A DNA stretch of 64,000 bases. Source: Candidatus Eiseniibacteriota bacterium. GTDB lineage: Bacteria > Eisenbacteria > RBG-16-71-46. The stretch lies in the NCBI GenBank assembly GCA_038231135.1, contig JBBRLX010000003.1:128001-192000 (forward strand), given 5' to 3'. Made by a program: the position numbers and the translations under genes. The first letter of the stretch is position 1. Every line of letters starts with the position of its first letter. This document shows positions 48,350 to 57,460 of the stretch, one piece after another. The notes below the pieces were generated by a model. That model searched no databases. It worked only from the letters and a program-made list of their open reading frames with translations, and had not been told where the DNA came from.

Positions 48350-50404
48350 ATGGCGGCACCGAGAGCACGACGCGCCTCCGCGACACCCCCGGCCCCCGGG
48401 CTGCCATGCTCTTTGGAGTCACTCATCGAACACGCGCCCCTGCCGATGGCCGCCGTGCGGGGAGCGGGTCATGTCGTATCCGATGTGAATCCCGCGTTCT
48501 GCCGGCTGGCGCGGAAGTCCCGTGAGGAACTCGTCGGAAGCTCATTCCGCGAACTGTTGCCGGAGCCGGAGTACTGCCTGACGCTGCTCGACCGCGTCTA
48601 TAGCACGGGACTGCCCGAGAGCCACACGGAGCAGCAGCACTTCAACCCGAACTCGATGTTCTGGTCCCTCGCGTTGTGGCCGATGATGGCCGATGGCCGC
48701 CCGTCGGGCGTCGTCGTGCAGGTGACCGAGACGGCGCAGTTTCACGAGAGCGCGATCGCAATGAACCAGGCATTGATGCTCGGCTCCCTGCGCCAGCACG
48801 AGCTCACCGAAGCCGCGGAAGTGGCGAATGCCGAGCTGCAGGCGGAGATCGCCGAGCGCAAGCGGGCGGAGGATGCCGGGCGCGTCAGCGAAGAGCGGTA
48901 TCGCTCGCTGTACGACACGGTGCCGGTAGCGGTGTTCGCCTGTGACCGGGACGGACTGATTCAGAGCTACAACCGCCGCGCCGTCGAATTGTGGGGACGG
49001 GAGCCGAAGCGCGGAGACCCTGCGGAGCGGTACTGCCGGTCGGCAAGCCTGGCGCTGCCGGAGAACACGTTCTCCCCGCCCGAGATCAGCCCGATGATGG
49101 AGGTGCTCCGCACCGGCATTCCCGCGCTGAATGTGGAGATGCTCGTCGAACAGCCCGACGGCTCGCGCGTTCCCGTGATCGTCAACTTCGCCGCGCTGAA
49201 GGACGCCCACGGCAAAATCTCGGGGGCGATCACGGCGTTCGACGACATCCGCGAGCGCAAGGAGGCGGAGACGGTGCTGCGCGACGCCGTGGAGCGCAAG
49301 AATGAGTTCCTCGCGATGCTGGCCCACGAACTCCGGAACCCGCTTGCGCCGATCCGGTTCGCCTTGGAAATCGTGAAGCGCGCGGACGGCAAGAGTGATC
49401 TGACGCGCAGTGCGCTCGGCACGATGGAACGCCAGCTGGGACAGATGACCCGGCTGGTGGACGACCTGCTCGACGTGGCCCGCATCAGCCGGGGCAAGCT
49501 CGACCTGCAACTCGAGAAGCTCGAGCTGGCCTCGATCATTCACCCGCTGGTCGAAGTGTTCCTCCCGATGTGCGAGTCGGCCCGCCAGCAGTTGACCGTG
49601 ACGCTGCCGCCGCGCCCCATGTATCTGCGCGGCGATCCGGTGCGGCTGGCCCAGGTGTTCGGCAACCTGCTCAACAATGCCAGCAAGTTCACGGCAACCG
49701 GGGGTCGCATCTCGCTGGTCGCGGAACAGCGAGACGGCGACGTGGTGGTTACCATCAAGGATTCCGGCATCGGTATCTCCACCGTAAAGCTGCCGATGAT
49801 CTTCGAGATGTTCGAGCAGGGCGATCAGACGCAGCGGTCGCACGGCGGCCTGGGCATCGGCCTGACCCTGGTCCGGCGGCTGGTCGAGATGCACGGTGGT
49901 TCGGTGCGGGCTTTGAGTGCCGGGCCGGACCTGGGCAGCGAGTTCGTCGTGCGCCTGCCGGCGCTGACCGGGAAGGCGAAACCGTTGCCCGCGGGGCCCG
50001 TTGTCCGCGAGGCGAATGCCCTGGCGGCGCGCCGCATCCTGGTGGTGGACGACAACCACGACACCGCGGAGTCGCTGGCGATGCTACTGAGCATGAGCGG
50101 TCACGAGACGCACACCGCGTTCGACGGCCTCGAGGCCGTCGAGGCCGCGGAGACGTTCAAGCCGGACGTCATCCTGTGCGACATCGGCATGCCCAAGTTG
50201 AATGGCTACGAAGCCGCTCGACGGATTCGGGAACAGCCGGGCGGCAAGGCGGTCGTGCTGGTGGCGATGACCGGCTGGGGGCAGGACGAGGACCGGATGA
50301 GGACCGCGGCTGCCGGCTTCGATGCCCATCTCGTGAAACCGGTGCAGTACGGCACCCTGGCGAAGCTGATGGCCGGTTTTCCGGTGCTCCCGCACCTGAA
50401 CTGA
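48350..50404 (+). CDS. Hybrid sensor histidine kinase (PAS-PAS-HisKA-HATPase-REC)
   Basis: FLAMLAHELRNPL, NLLNNASKF, DSGIG, GLGIGL; receiver ILVVDD...ILCDIGMP...HLVKP. Confidence 0.93.
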   Translation: MAAPRARRASATPPAPGLPCSLESLIEHAPLPMAAVRGAGHVVSDVNPAFCRLARKSREELVGSSFRELLPEPEYCLTLLDRVYSTGLPESHTEQQHFNPNSMFWSLALWPMMADGRPSGVVVQVTETAQFHESAIAMNQALMLGSLRQHELTEAAEVANAELQAEIAERKRAEDAGRVSEERYRSLYDTVPVAVFACDRDGLIQSYNRRAVELWGREPKRGDPAERYCRSASLALPENTFSPPEISPMMEVLRTGIPALNVEMLVEQPDGSRVPVIVNFAALKDAHGKISGAITAFDDIRERKEAETVLRDAVERKNEFLAMLAHELRNPLAPIRFALEIVKRADGKSDLTRSALGTMERQLGQMTRLVDDLLDVARISRGKLDLQLEKLELASIIHPLVEVFLPMCESARQQLTVTLPPRPMYLRGDPVRLAQVFGNLLNNASKFTATGGRISLVAEQRDGDVVVTIKDSGIGISTVKLPMIFEMFEQGDQTQRSHGGLGIGLTLVRRLVEMHGGSVRALSAGPDLGSEFVVRLPALTGKAKPLPAGPVVREANALAARRILVVDDNHDTAESLAMLLSMSGHETHTAFDGLEAVEAAETFKPDVILCDIGMPKLNGYEAARRIREQPGGKAVVLVAMTGWGQDEDRMRTAAAGFDAHLVKPVQYGTLAKLMAGFPVLPHLN

Positions 50405-50524
50405 GGGGCCCCCGCACCTTTCGGTGAACCTGCGCCGCCGCGGTGCTCGATCGAGCGCACGGCGGTTTGGCGTTCCCGGCCGGGAGAACTCATCGAGTAG
50501 GATGCGCCTAACCAGGCCCGCTCG

Positions 50525-52072
50525 ATGGAGAACCTCATGGCCGACAACGCGCATGTCGCCGTAGTGCCGATCGATCCGCCCCAGACCGCCGCCGCGGTCG
50601 AGGAACGCTCGAAGCTCCAGAAGCACTTCGGACGCTTCGACATGCTGTTCTTCCTGGTGTGCACGCTGGTCGGGCTCGACACGCTCGGCGCCGTCGCCCG
50701 CGCCGGCCCCGTCGGCGTCACCTGGATGACGTTCCTCGGCGTGTTCTTCTTCGTCCCCTACGCGCTGCTGATCGCCGAGCTCGGCTCCACATTCCCCGAC
50801 GAGGGCGGCTGCTACGTATGGACGAAGCTCGCGTTCGGCCGGTTCGCGGGCGGCGTGTGCACGGTGCTCTACTGGCTGTCGAATCCGATCTGGCTCGGCG
50901 GGCTGCTCAGCATTACCGCGGTCGCGACCTGGAATTCGTTCTTCGGCCACCTGAACCACGCCGGCGAATACGTGTTCTCCACGATCTTCATCTGGATCGG
51001 CGTGTGGGCGGCGATCCTGTCGTTCCGGATCGGGAAATGGATCCCGACGCTCGGCGCGTGGGCCCGCATCGTGCTGCTGTCGTTCTTCACGCTGAGCGTG
51101 TTTCTCTACGCGCTCCAGCACGGTCTCCACGTGCCACGGCTCGGACAGTTCGGCCCCACCTATGCCTCGTTCATCGCACTCGTGCCCGTGCTGTTCTTCA
51201 ATTTCGTCGGCTTCGAGCTGCCGAGCGCCGCGGGGGAGGAGATGAAGCACCCGCAGCACGACGTGCCGTTCGCGGTGATGCGCTCGGCGGTCCTGGCGAT
51301 CCTGCTCTACGCCGTGCCGATTGTTTCGATCCTCATGGTGGTGCCGTCCGAGCGCATCACCGGGCTCTCGGGTTTCATCGATTCGATGAAGCTCGTGTTC
51401 ACGGTCTACGGCGGCACGATCACCGCGCACGGCGCCGAGTTGTCGGGCGCGGGCTGGGTGCTCGGCAGGATCGCGGCCGGCCTGTTCCTGCTCGTGCTGC
51501 TGTCGAGCGGCACGTCGTGGATCATGGGCGCCGATCGCTCCCAGGCCGTCGCCGGTTACGACGGCGCGGGCCCGCGCATCCTCGGCGTGTTCTCGAAGCG
51601 CTACGGCACGCCGGTCGTCGTCAATCTCCTCACCGGCATTCTCGCGACTGCCAGCATGGTGCTCGCGTTCGCCGTCGCCGGCGGCAGCCTCGAGAAGTAC
51701 TTCAACGCCGTGCTCACGATCGCGCTGCTGTTCACGACGCTGTCGTACGCGTTCATATTCCCGGCTCTGATCCGGCTGCGCTACACCCATCCCGACGTGC
51801 CGCGACCCTATCGGGTCCCGTTCGGCAACTCCGGAGCCTGGGTGTGCGTGATCCTGACCACGTTCTGGGCGCTGTTCGCCTCGCTCGTCGGATTCTTCCC
51901 CGGACTGTTCGACGGGGCACTGCTGAACGATCACGACCTGCCGCTGGGATTCACGCGTGGCGAGTTCCAGCTCGTCGTGTTCGTGCCGTTCGTGCTGGCA
52001 ATCGCGACAGGTGTGGCGTTCTATGCGATGGGGCGAAAGACGCGGGAGGCGGTGGTGGGGGCGAGACCGTGA
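50525..52072 (+). CDS. APC family amino acid permease
   Basis: AELGSTFPDEGG.YVW...AFG, FVGFEL, EEMKHP, RPYRVP; about 12 TM helices. Confidence 0.9.
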   Translation: MENLMADNAHVAVVPIDPPQTAAAVEERSKLQKHFGRFDMLFFLVCTLVGLDTLGAVARAGPVGVTWMTFLGVFFFVPYALLIAELGSTFPDEGGCYVWTKLAFGRFAGGVCTVLYWLSNPIWLGGLLSITAVATWNSFFGHLNHAGEYVFSTIFIWIGVWAAILSFRIGKWIPTLGAWARIVLLSFFTLSVFLYALQHGLHVPRLGQFGPTYASFIALVPVLFFNFVGFELPSAAGEEMKHPQHDVPFAVMRSAVLAILLYAVPIVSILMVVPSERITGLSGFIDSMKLVFTVYGGTITAHGAELSGAGWVLGRIAAGLFLLVLLSSGTSWIMGADRSQAVAGYDGAGPRILGVFSKRYGTPVVVNLLTGILATASMVLAFAVAGGSLEKYFNAVLTIALLFTTLSYAFIFPALIRLRYTHPDVPRPYRVPFGNSGAWVCVILTTFWALFASLVGFFPGLFDGALLNDHDLPLGFTRGEFQLVVFVPFVLAIATGVAFYAMGRKTREAVVGARP

Positions 52073-52142
52073 GCGCCCGGCCTGCCGCGAAGCGCCCGAT
52101 CGCTGTTGACGGTGCTGACGCGACCGCGAAAGGAGCATGCTC

Positions 52143-52316
52143 ATGGCCTGCGATCAGAGTCTTGCGCAACGCCTGCGCGAACTGCTCGCCGACGAGCACG
52201 ACGTCACCGAGAAGAAAATGTTCGGTGGCCTCGCACGCTGTGCATCGAGTATGACGGTCTCGAGTGTCGGTCGAACGTCGAATGAAGAATTCTTGAGCAC
52301 GGAGGTGATCACATGA
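52143..52316 (+). pseudogene. Truncated TfoX/Sxy-family gene (N-terminal ~31 codons only)
   Basis: RBS AAAGGAG then MACDQSLAQRLRELLADEHDVTEKKMFGGLA, typical of a TfoX-N start. Sequence becomes unrelated afterwards and stops at 52316. Confidence 0.7.
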
Positions 52317-53125
52317 ATCCGAACAAGGCGTTGTGGGAAAAGGGCGACTTCACGCGTATCGCCGAAAGCATGAGAACGAGCGGAGAGTCGCTCGTCAGGA
52401 GCCTTGGAGTGACACCGACTCTCAAGGTCCTGGATCTCGGGTGCGGCGATGGAACGACCGCGATCCCGGCAGCGAAATTCGGCGCCGAAGTGCTGGGCGT
52501 CGATATCGCGAGCAATCTCGTCGAGGCCGGGAACCGGCGAGCCCGGGAGCATGGACTCACGAACATCAGGTTTCAGGAAGGCGACGCCACGAATCTCGAG
52601 GGGCTGAACGATCGGACGTTCGACCTCGTCATGAGTATCTTCGGAGCCATGTTCGCGCCCCGGCCGGCCGATGTGGCGAAGGAGATGGTGCGCGTGACCC
52701 GGCCCGGGGGCCGGATCGTCATGGGCAACTGGATTCCGAACGACCCGACGTTGGTGGCGCAGATCCTGAAGATCAGCTCCGCCTACACCCCACCGCCACC
52801 GGAGGGTTTCGTCAGCCCGATGACGTGGGGAGTCGAGGACCATGTGGTCGAGCGATTCACGGGCGCCGGGGTTCCGAAACAGAAAGTTTCATTCGCCCGG
52901 GACACGTTCACGTTCAACTTCAACCGCCCACCCTCCGATCTCGTCGCCGAATTCAAGAACTACTACGGGCCCACGATGAATGCATTCGAAGCGGCGGAGA
53001 ACACCGGCCGGGCCGCGGATCTGCAGCGGGAGTTGGAGGCGCTGTTCAACAGCCAGAACCAGAGTCCGAATCAGGATGCGACCTCGATTCCGGCGACGTT
53101 CCTTCGCGTTACCGTGGATGTGTAA
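52313..53125 (+). CDS. Class I SAM-dependent methyltransferase (UbiE-like)
   Basis: W.KGDF, VLDLGCGDG, FDLVMSIFGAMFAP, RVTRPGGRI; RBS GGAGGT. Confidence 0.9.
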   Translation: MNPNKALWEKGDFTRIAESMRTSGESLVRSLGVTPTLKVLDLGCGDGTTAIPAAKFGAEVLGVDIASNLVEAGNRRAREHGLTNIRFQEGDATNLEGLNDRTFDLVMSIFGAMFAPRPADVAKEMVRVTRPGGRIVMGNWIPNDPTLVAQILKISSAYTPPPPEGFVSPMTWGVEDHVVERFTGAGVPKQKVSFARDTFTFNFNRPPSDLVAEFKNYYGPTMNAFEAAENTGRAADLQRELEALFNSQNQSPNQDATSIPATFLRVTVDV

Positions 53126-53230
53126 GCCTGGTCGCGCGAGATTGAGGCGGATCGTGATGAGAGGCATGATGGCGGCCTTGGCAACCCCGGTCGTGGATGC
53201 GACAGGCTCGCCGGCGCGTGGTTTCGAGGA

Positions 53231-53497
53231 GTGAACTCGCAGAAGGAGCTGTTCGGGGATACGCTGCGGGTCATCCTGCGTGCGACAAAGCCGCCAGACG
53301 GATTCCGCGACTTCGCCTACACGACGATCATGGCGGCGACGGTGCCGTGCATTCTGGTCAACGCTGCCCAGTCGCCGGCCATCAAGTTCGTCGCGCTTCG
53401 GGTGGACGGTGAACCGTACCGGAAGTATGGCGGTGTCTTCGCGACGGCTCGATTCCGGAGCGGACCGAAGAAGCGGGACTTCACGGACCTGAATTAG
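53231..53497 (+). CDS. Possible small hypothetical protein or gene remnant
   Basis: 88-aa ORF fills the intergenic gap but has no recognisable motif and overlaps the convergent Rieske gene by 17 nt. Confidence 0.25.
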   Translation: MNSQKELFGDTLRVILRATKPPDGFRDFAYTTIMAATVPCILVNAAQSPAIKFVALRVDGEPYRKYGGVFATARFRSGPKKRDFTDLN

Positions 53498-53843
53498 GTT
53501 CCGCGGAACCCCCCATCCCGCACCATACCGCCCCATCCCGCTCCTCGATCAAGAGCTTCGTGAGCCGCCCGCCCTCGCACGGGCCCGCGACGCACACCCC
53601 CGTCTCGGGGGCGTAGCGCGCCCCGTGGTGGCAGCACACGAGCGCGTCGTAGTCCTCGTCGAAGAACCGTGCGTCGCCGAAGTCGAGCGGGAGGGTTTCG
53701 TGGCGGCAGGAGTTCACGTAGGCGTATAGCCGGCCGTGAAACCGTATGGCGAACGCGTCGCGCGATACGCCGTGAACGGTGATCGTGAACCTCAGCCCCG
53801 CGCCTTCGCCGAGTTTGCGCGCGTCGCCCAGAATCATCTGCAT
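53481..53843 (-). CDS. Rieske [2Fe-2S] ferredoxin
   Basis: YVNSCRH...LVCCHHGARY...G.CVAGPC. Confidence 0.88.
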   Translation of the reverse strand: MQMILGDARKLGEGAGLRFTITVHGVSRDAFAIRFHGRLYAYVNSCRHETLPLDFGDARFFDEDYDALVCCHHGARYAPETGVCVAGPCEGGRLTKLLIEERDGAVWCGMGGSAEPNSGP

Positions 53844-53889
53844 ATTGGAACACTGGCCGATCCGCCGGGGTCGTGGCAAGATGCCTCAC

Positions 53890-54459
53890 ATGCCGCCCAC
53901 CCGTCCCATCCTCGCCGTCTACGGCAGCAGCACCGTGCAACCGGGCGATGCCGCCTACCGGCTCGCCTACGAGCTGGGGCGCGCCGCGGCCGAGGTGGGC
54001 GCCGACGTGATGACAGGCGGCTACCACGGCGCGATGGAGGGGTGTTCCCGGGGCGCCCACGAGGCGGGCGGTCACGTGATCGGCGTCACGGTCGAGCTGT
54101 TCGAACACCGCTCGCCGGTGAACGCATTCGTGCGCGAACGGGTGCACACGGCCGATCTCTACGATCGTCTCCGCCAGCTCGTGGATCGCGCGGATGGGTT
54201 CATCGTGCTGCCGGGCAGCATCGGCACCCTGAACGAGCTGTTCCTCACCTGGACGCTGGTGGCGGTGGGCGGCCGGCCGGCGGTGCCGATCGTCCTGCTC
54301 GGCAGCCACTGGCAGGCGTTCGTCGACGCGCTGCGTCATCCCGACATGGTGGTGCCGCATCTGTTCCAGCACCTGCGTGTCACGGAAGACCCCGCGGATG
54401 CCGTGCGGCTGGCGCTCGAGCCGTCGAAGGTGAACGGTCCGCGCCTGGGCAACGGATGA
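53890..54459 (+). CDS. LOG family nucleotide-binding protein (phosphoribohydrolase-like)
   Basis: AVYGSS, MTGGY.GAME, GGHVIGVT, LPGSIGTLNEL. Start at 53881 or 53890. Confidence 0.88.
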   Translation: MPPTRPILAVYGSSTVQPGDAAYRLAYELGRAAAEVGADVMTGGYHGAMEGCSRGAHEAGGHVIGVTVELFEHRSPVNAFVRERVHTADLYDRLRQLVDRADGFIVLPGSIGTLNELFLTWTLVAVGGRPAVPIVLLGSHWQAFVDALRHPDMVVPHLFQHLRVTEDPADAVRLALEPSKVNGPRLGNG

Positions 54460-54502
54460 GCGCGCGCACCGCATTCAGCGCGGTCGCCGCCCCGGCGGAA
54501 CG

Positions 54503-55681
54503 ATGACGACCAGTCCCGTGACGCACGATCCGCTGCTCGAATGGCGGTCCGAGTTCCCGACCGTGGATGCCACGCTGCACTTCATCTCGCACTCGCTGGG
54601 CGCGATGCCGCGGGGAGTGGACGACGCGCTGAGCCACTACGCCCACATGTGGCGGGAGCGCAACATCCGCGCGTGGCACGAGGAGTGGTTCGCGCTGCCC
54701 ACCGAGGCCGGCGATCTGCTCGGACTCATCCTCGGCGCGCCGGCAGGGTCGGTGACGATGTTCGAGAACAGCACCAGCGCCCAGAACCTCGCGCTGTCCG
54801 CGATCGCGTTTACGGCGCCCCGCAACCGGCTGGTCTGCTCGGCCGAAGACTTTCCGTCGGAGCTCTACCTCTACGAAGGGCTGGTGCGGCGCGGCGCCGA
54901 GCTGGTGCGCGTTCCCGCGCGCGCGGACCGGCTCATGGTCGAGGCCGACATCATCGCCGCGATCGACGAGCGCACGGCGCTGGTGGCGGTGTCGCAGGTG
55001 CTGTTCCGCACGGCACAGATCCTCGACCTGGCGCCGATCGTCCGGCGCGCGCACGAGGTGGGGGCGCTGGTGATGATCGACGCCTACCAGGCAGTTGGCT
55101 CGGTGCCTGTGGACGTGACCGCGCTCGGCCTCGACTTCCTCACGGGTGGATCGGTGAAGTGGCTGTGTGGCGGGCCCGGGGCCGGGTACCTGTACGTGAG
55201 GCCGGAGCTGGCGCGGTCGCTCGAGCCGGCGGTGACGGGGTGGATGGGGCACGAGCGGCCGTTCGATTTCGACTCGGGGCCGGTGTCGCGGCATGACGGC
55301 GCGCGACGGTTCTGGACGGGTACGCCCGGCATCCCGTCGATCACCGCGGCACGCGAGGGCTACCGGGTCATCGAGCGCATCGGCGTGCCGGCGATCCGCT
55401 TCAAGTCGCTGCGCCAGACGGAGCGCATGCTGGCGCTGGCCGACGAATACGGCTTCCGCGTGGGGTCGCCGCGCGACGCCACCGTGCGGGGCGGCACCGT
55501 GGTGCTCGACGTGCCGAACGCGGCGCAGGTGTGCGCGGCGCTGCTCTCGCGCGACGTGCTGCTCGACTTCCGCCCCGGCGTCGGACTCAGGCTGGCGCCG
55601 CACTTCTATACCCGCGACGACGAAGTGGATCTCGTCATGCAACGCGTGCGCGACGAGGTCGCCGCGGCCGCAAAGAACTGA
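54503..55681 (+). CDS. Class V PLP-dependent enzyme, kynureninase-like
   Basis: SHSLGAMP, DFPS..Y, IDAYQ..G, SVKWLCGGPGAG, GW.GH, RGG, RLAPHFY. Confidence 0.85.
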   Translation: MTTSPVTHDPLLEWRSEFPTVDATLHFISHSLGAMPRGVDDALSHYAHMWRERNIRAWHEEWFALPTEAGDLLGLILGAPAGSVTMFENSTSAQNLALSAIAFTAPRNRLVCSAEDFPSELYLYEGLVRRGAELVRVPARADRLMVEADIIAAIDERTALVAVSQVLFRTAQILDLAPIVRRAHEVGALVMIDAYQAVGSVPVDVTALGLDFLTGGSVKWLCGGPGAGYLYVRPELARSLEPAVTGWMGHERPFDFDSGPVSRHDGARRFWTGTPGIPSITAAREGYRVIERIGVPAIRFKSLRQTERMLALADEYGFRVGSPRDATVRGGTVVLDVPNAAQVCAALLSRDVLLDFRPGVGLRLAPHFYTRDDEVDLVMQRVRDEVAAAAKN

Positions 55682-55745
55682 CGAACCGGGCGCCATGGCG
55701 CCGCACGCCGGACGCATGCAGCCATCACGGACAGGAGCGACACCC

Positions 55746-56546
55746 ATGACCACCACAACGGAAGTGCGGCCGCGGCCGCTTGCGATCGTCACCGAGCCGG
55801 CCGTGTATCTCGTGGGTCGGCAGGTCGTCGACGCGGCGGAGGTCGACCAGTTTCTCGCCGATCACGCGGCCACGTGGACGACCGATACCGAGGTCGGCGG
55901 CGAGGCGCTGGCCGAGATGGCGGGCCGCGTATGCTACATGTCCTACGGCAGGGGCCGGAAGACGAATCGCGAGTTCCTGCAGCACATCGTCGACGTCGGC
56001 CACGGCTCGGTGCTCGAGCACGCGGTGTGGAGCTTCGTCGTCACCGGCGTGTCGCGGTCGTTCACGCACGAGCTGATCCGCCACCGGCACTTCTCGTATT
56101 CGCAGTTGTCGCAGCGCTACGTCGACGAATCGGAATCGGCATTCGTCGAGCCCGACGTGATCGCGGCCGACGCCACGCTGCACCAGACGTGGTGCGATGC
56201 CGTCAACGCGACTCGGGCCGCGTATGACCTGCTCGTGCACGGGCTGCAGGATAAGTTCCTGGAGGTCGAGGATCGCACGCTGCGGCGCAAGCTGGCGCGC
56301 CAGGCGGCGCGGTCGGTGCTGCCCAACGCGACCGAGACCAAGATCTTCGTGTCGGGCAACGCGCGCGCGCTGCGGCACTTCATCGAGCTGCGCGGCAGCG
56401 AGCACGCCGACGTCGAGATCCGCAAAGTCGCGGTCGCGATCCTCAAGCTCATGCAGCGGGAGGCGCCCGGCATGTTCGGCGACTACACGCTCGTGCCGCT
56501 GCCCGATGGCAGCGAGGCGACACACACGGAGCACCCCAAGGTGTGA
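55746..56546 (+). CDS. thyX: FAD-dependent thymidylate synthase
   Basis: AGRVCYMS, GHGSVLEH, SRSFTHELIRHRHFSYSQLSQRY, ARSVLPN, NARALRHFIELR, A..EIR. Confidence 0.96.
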   Translation: MTTTTEVRPRPLAIVTEPAVYLVGRQVVDAAEVDQFLADHAATWTTDTEVGGEALAEMAGRVCYMSYGRGRKTNREFLQHIVDVGHGSVLEHAVWSFVVTGVSRSFTHELIRHRHFSYSQLSQRYVDESESAFVEPDVIAADATLHQTWCDAVNATRAAYDLLVHGLQDKFLEVEDRTLRRKLARQAARSVLPNATETKIFVSGNARALRHFIELRGSEHADVEIRKVAVAILKLMQREAPGMFGDYTLVPLPDGSEATHTEHPKV

Positions 56547-57358
56547 CGGACGTCCGGCACACCACGCGTCTCCCGATCGTGCGCGTGACGGACGGCACGC
56601 CGGAGCCGCTCGATGACAGTGTGGCGGTCGAGCGGGCGCTCGAGATCCGGGTGGGTGGCCGCACGCTCGCCGTCACGCTGCGCACGCCGGGAGACGATCG
56701 GGAGCTGGCGCTGGGATTCCTCGCGTCGGAAGGGGTGATCACCCACCGGGACGACGTCGCCGCCAGCCGGGAGCGCCCGGCAGAGTGCTCGGACGAGCCC
56801 GACGTCATCGACATCGTGCTCGCGCCCGGCACCGTGCTCGACTGGACGCGCCTCGAGCGGAACTTCGCGGTCAGCTCCGCGTGCGGTCTGTGCGGCCGCG
56901 CGCATCTGGACGCGCTGCGCACCGGGCTCACGCCGATGCCGGTTACCACGTCGTTCGCCCCGGCGCGGCTGTCGGGGCTCACGGCGCGGGTGCGCGAGGC
57001 GCAGGCCGGCTTCTCGGCGACGGGCGGGCTCCACGCGGCGGTGGTGTGTGACGACGCGCTCGAGCCGCTGGTGCTGCGCGAGGACGTCGGCCGGCACAAC
57101 GCCGTCGACAAGGTGTGCGGCTGGCTGCTCGAGTTCGGGCGCTACCCGGCGGACTCGGGCCTGCTATGGGTGAGCGGCCGCGCGGGCGCGGAGATCGTGC
57201 TCAAGGCCGCGCGCGCGCGGATCCCGGTGCTGGCCGCGGTGGGCGCGCCGTCGTCGCTGGCCGTCGAGCTGGCGGAGGCCGCGGGGATGACGCTGATCGG
57301 ATTCCTGCGCGATGCGCGAATGAACGTATACTGTGGGGCACACCGGCTCGGCGGGTGA
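56543..57358 (+). CDS. fdhD: Formate dehydrogenase accessory sulfurtransferase FdhD
   Basis: RTPG....LALGFL, SACGLCG, TGGLHAA, REDVGRHNAVDK, SGR, APSSLAV. Confidence 0.94.
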   Translation: MTDVRHTTRLPIVRVTDGTPEPLDDSVAVERALEIRVGGRTLAVTLRTPGDDRELALGFLASEGVITHRDDVAASRERPAECSDEPDVIDIVLAPGTVLDWTRLERNFAVSSACGLCGRAHLDALRTGLTPMPVTTSFAPARLSGLTARVREAQAGFSATGGLHAAVVCDDALEPLVLREDVGRHNAVDKVCGWLLEFGRYPADSGLLWVSGRAGAEIVLKAARARIPVLAAVGAPSSLAVELAEAAGMTLIGFLRDARMNVYCGAHRLGG

Positions 57359-57460
57359 CGGACATCCTGCCGCGGGGTGCGATGCGGAGAGAGACCACGT
57401 TTGGCGCGGCTCCGCGCGCGGGCCTGATTCCAATCCCGCGCTGCGGTAGGATGCCACCAC

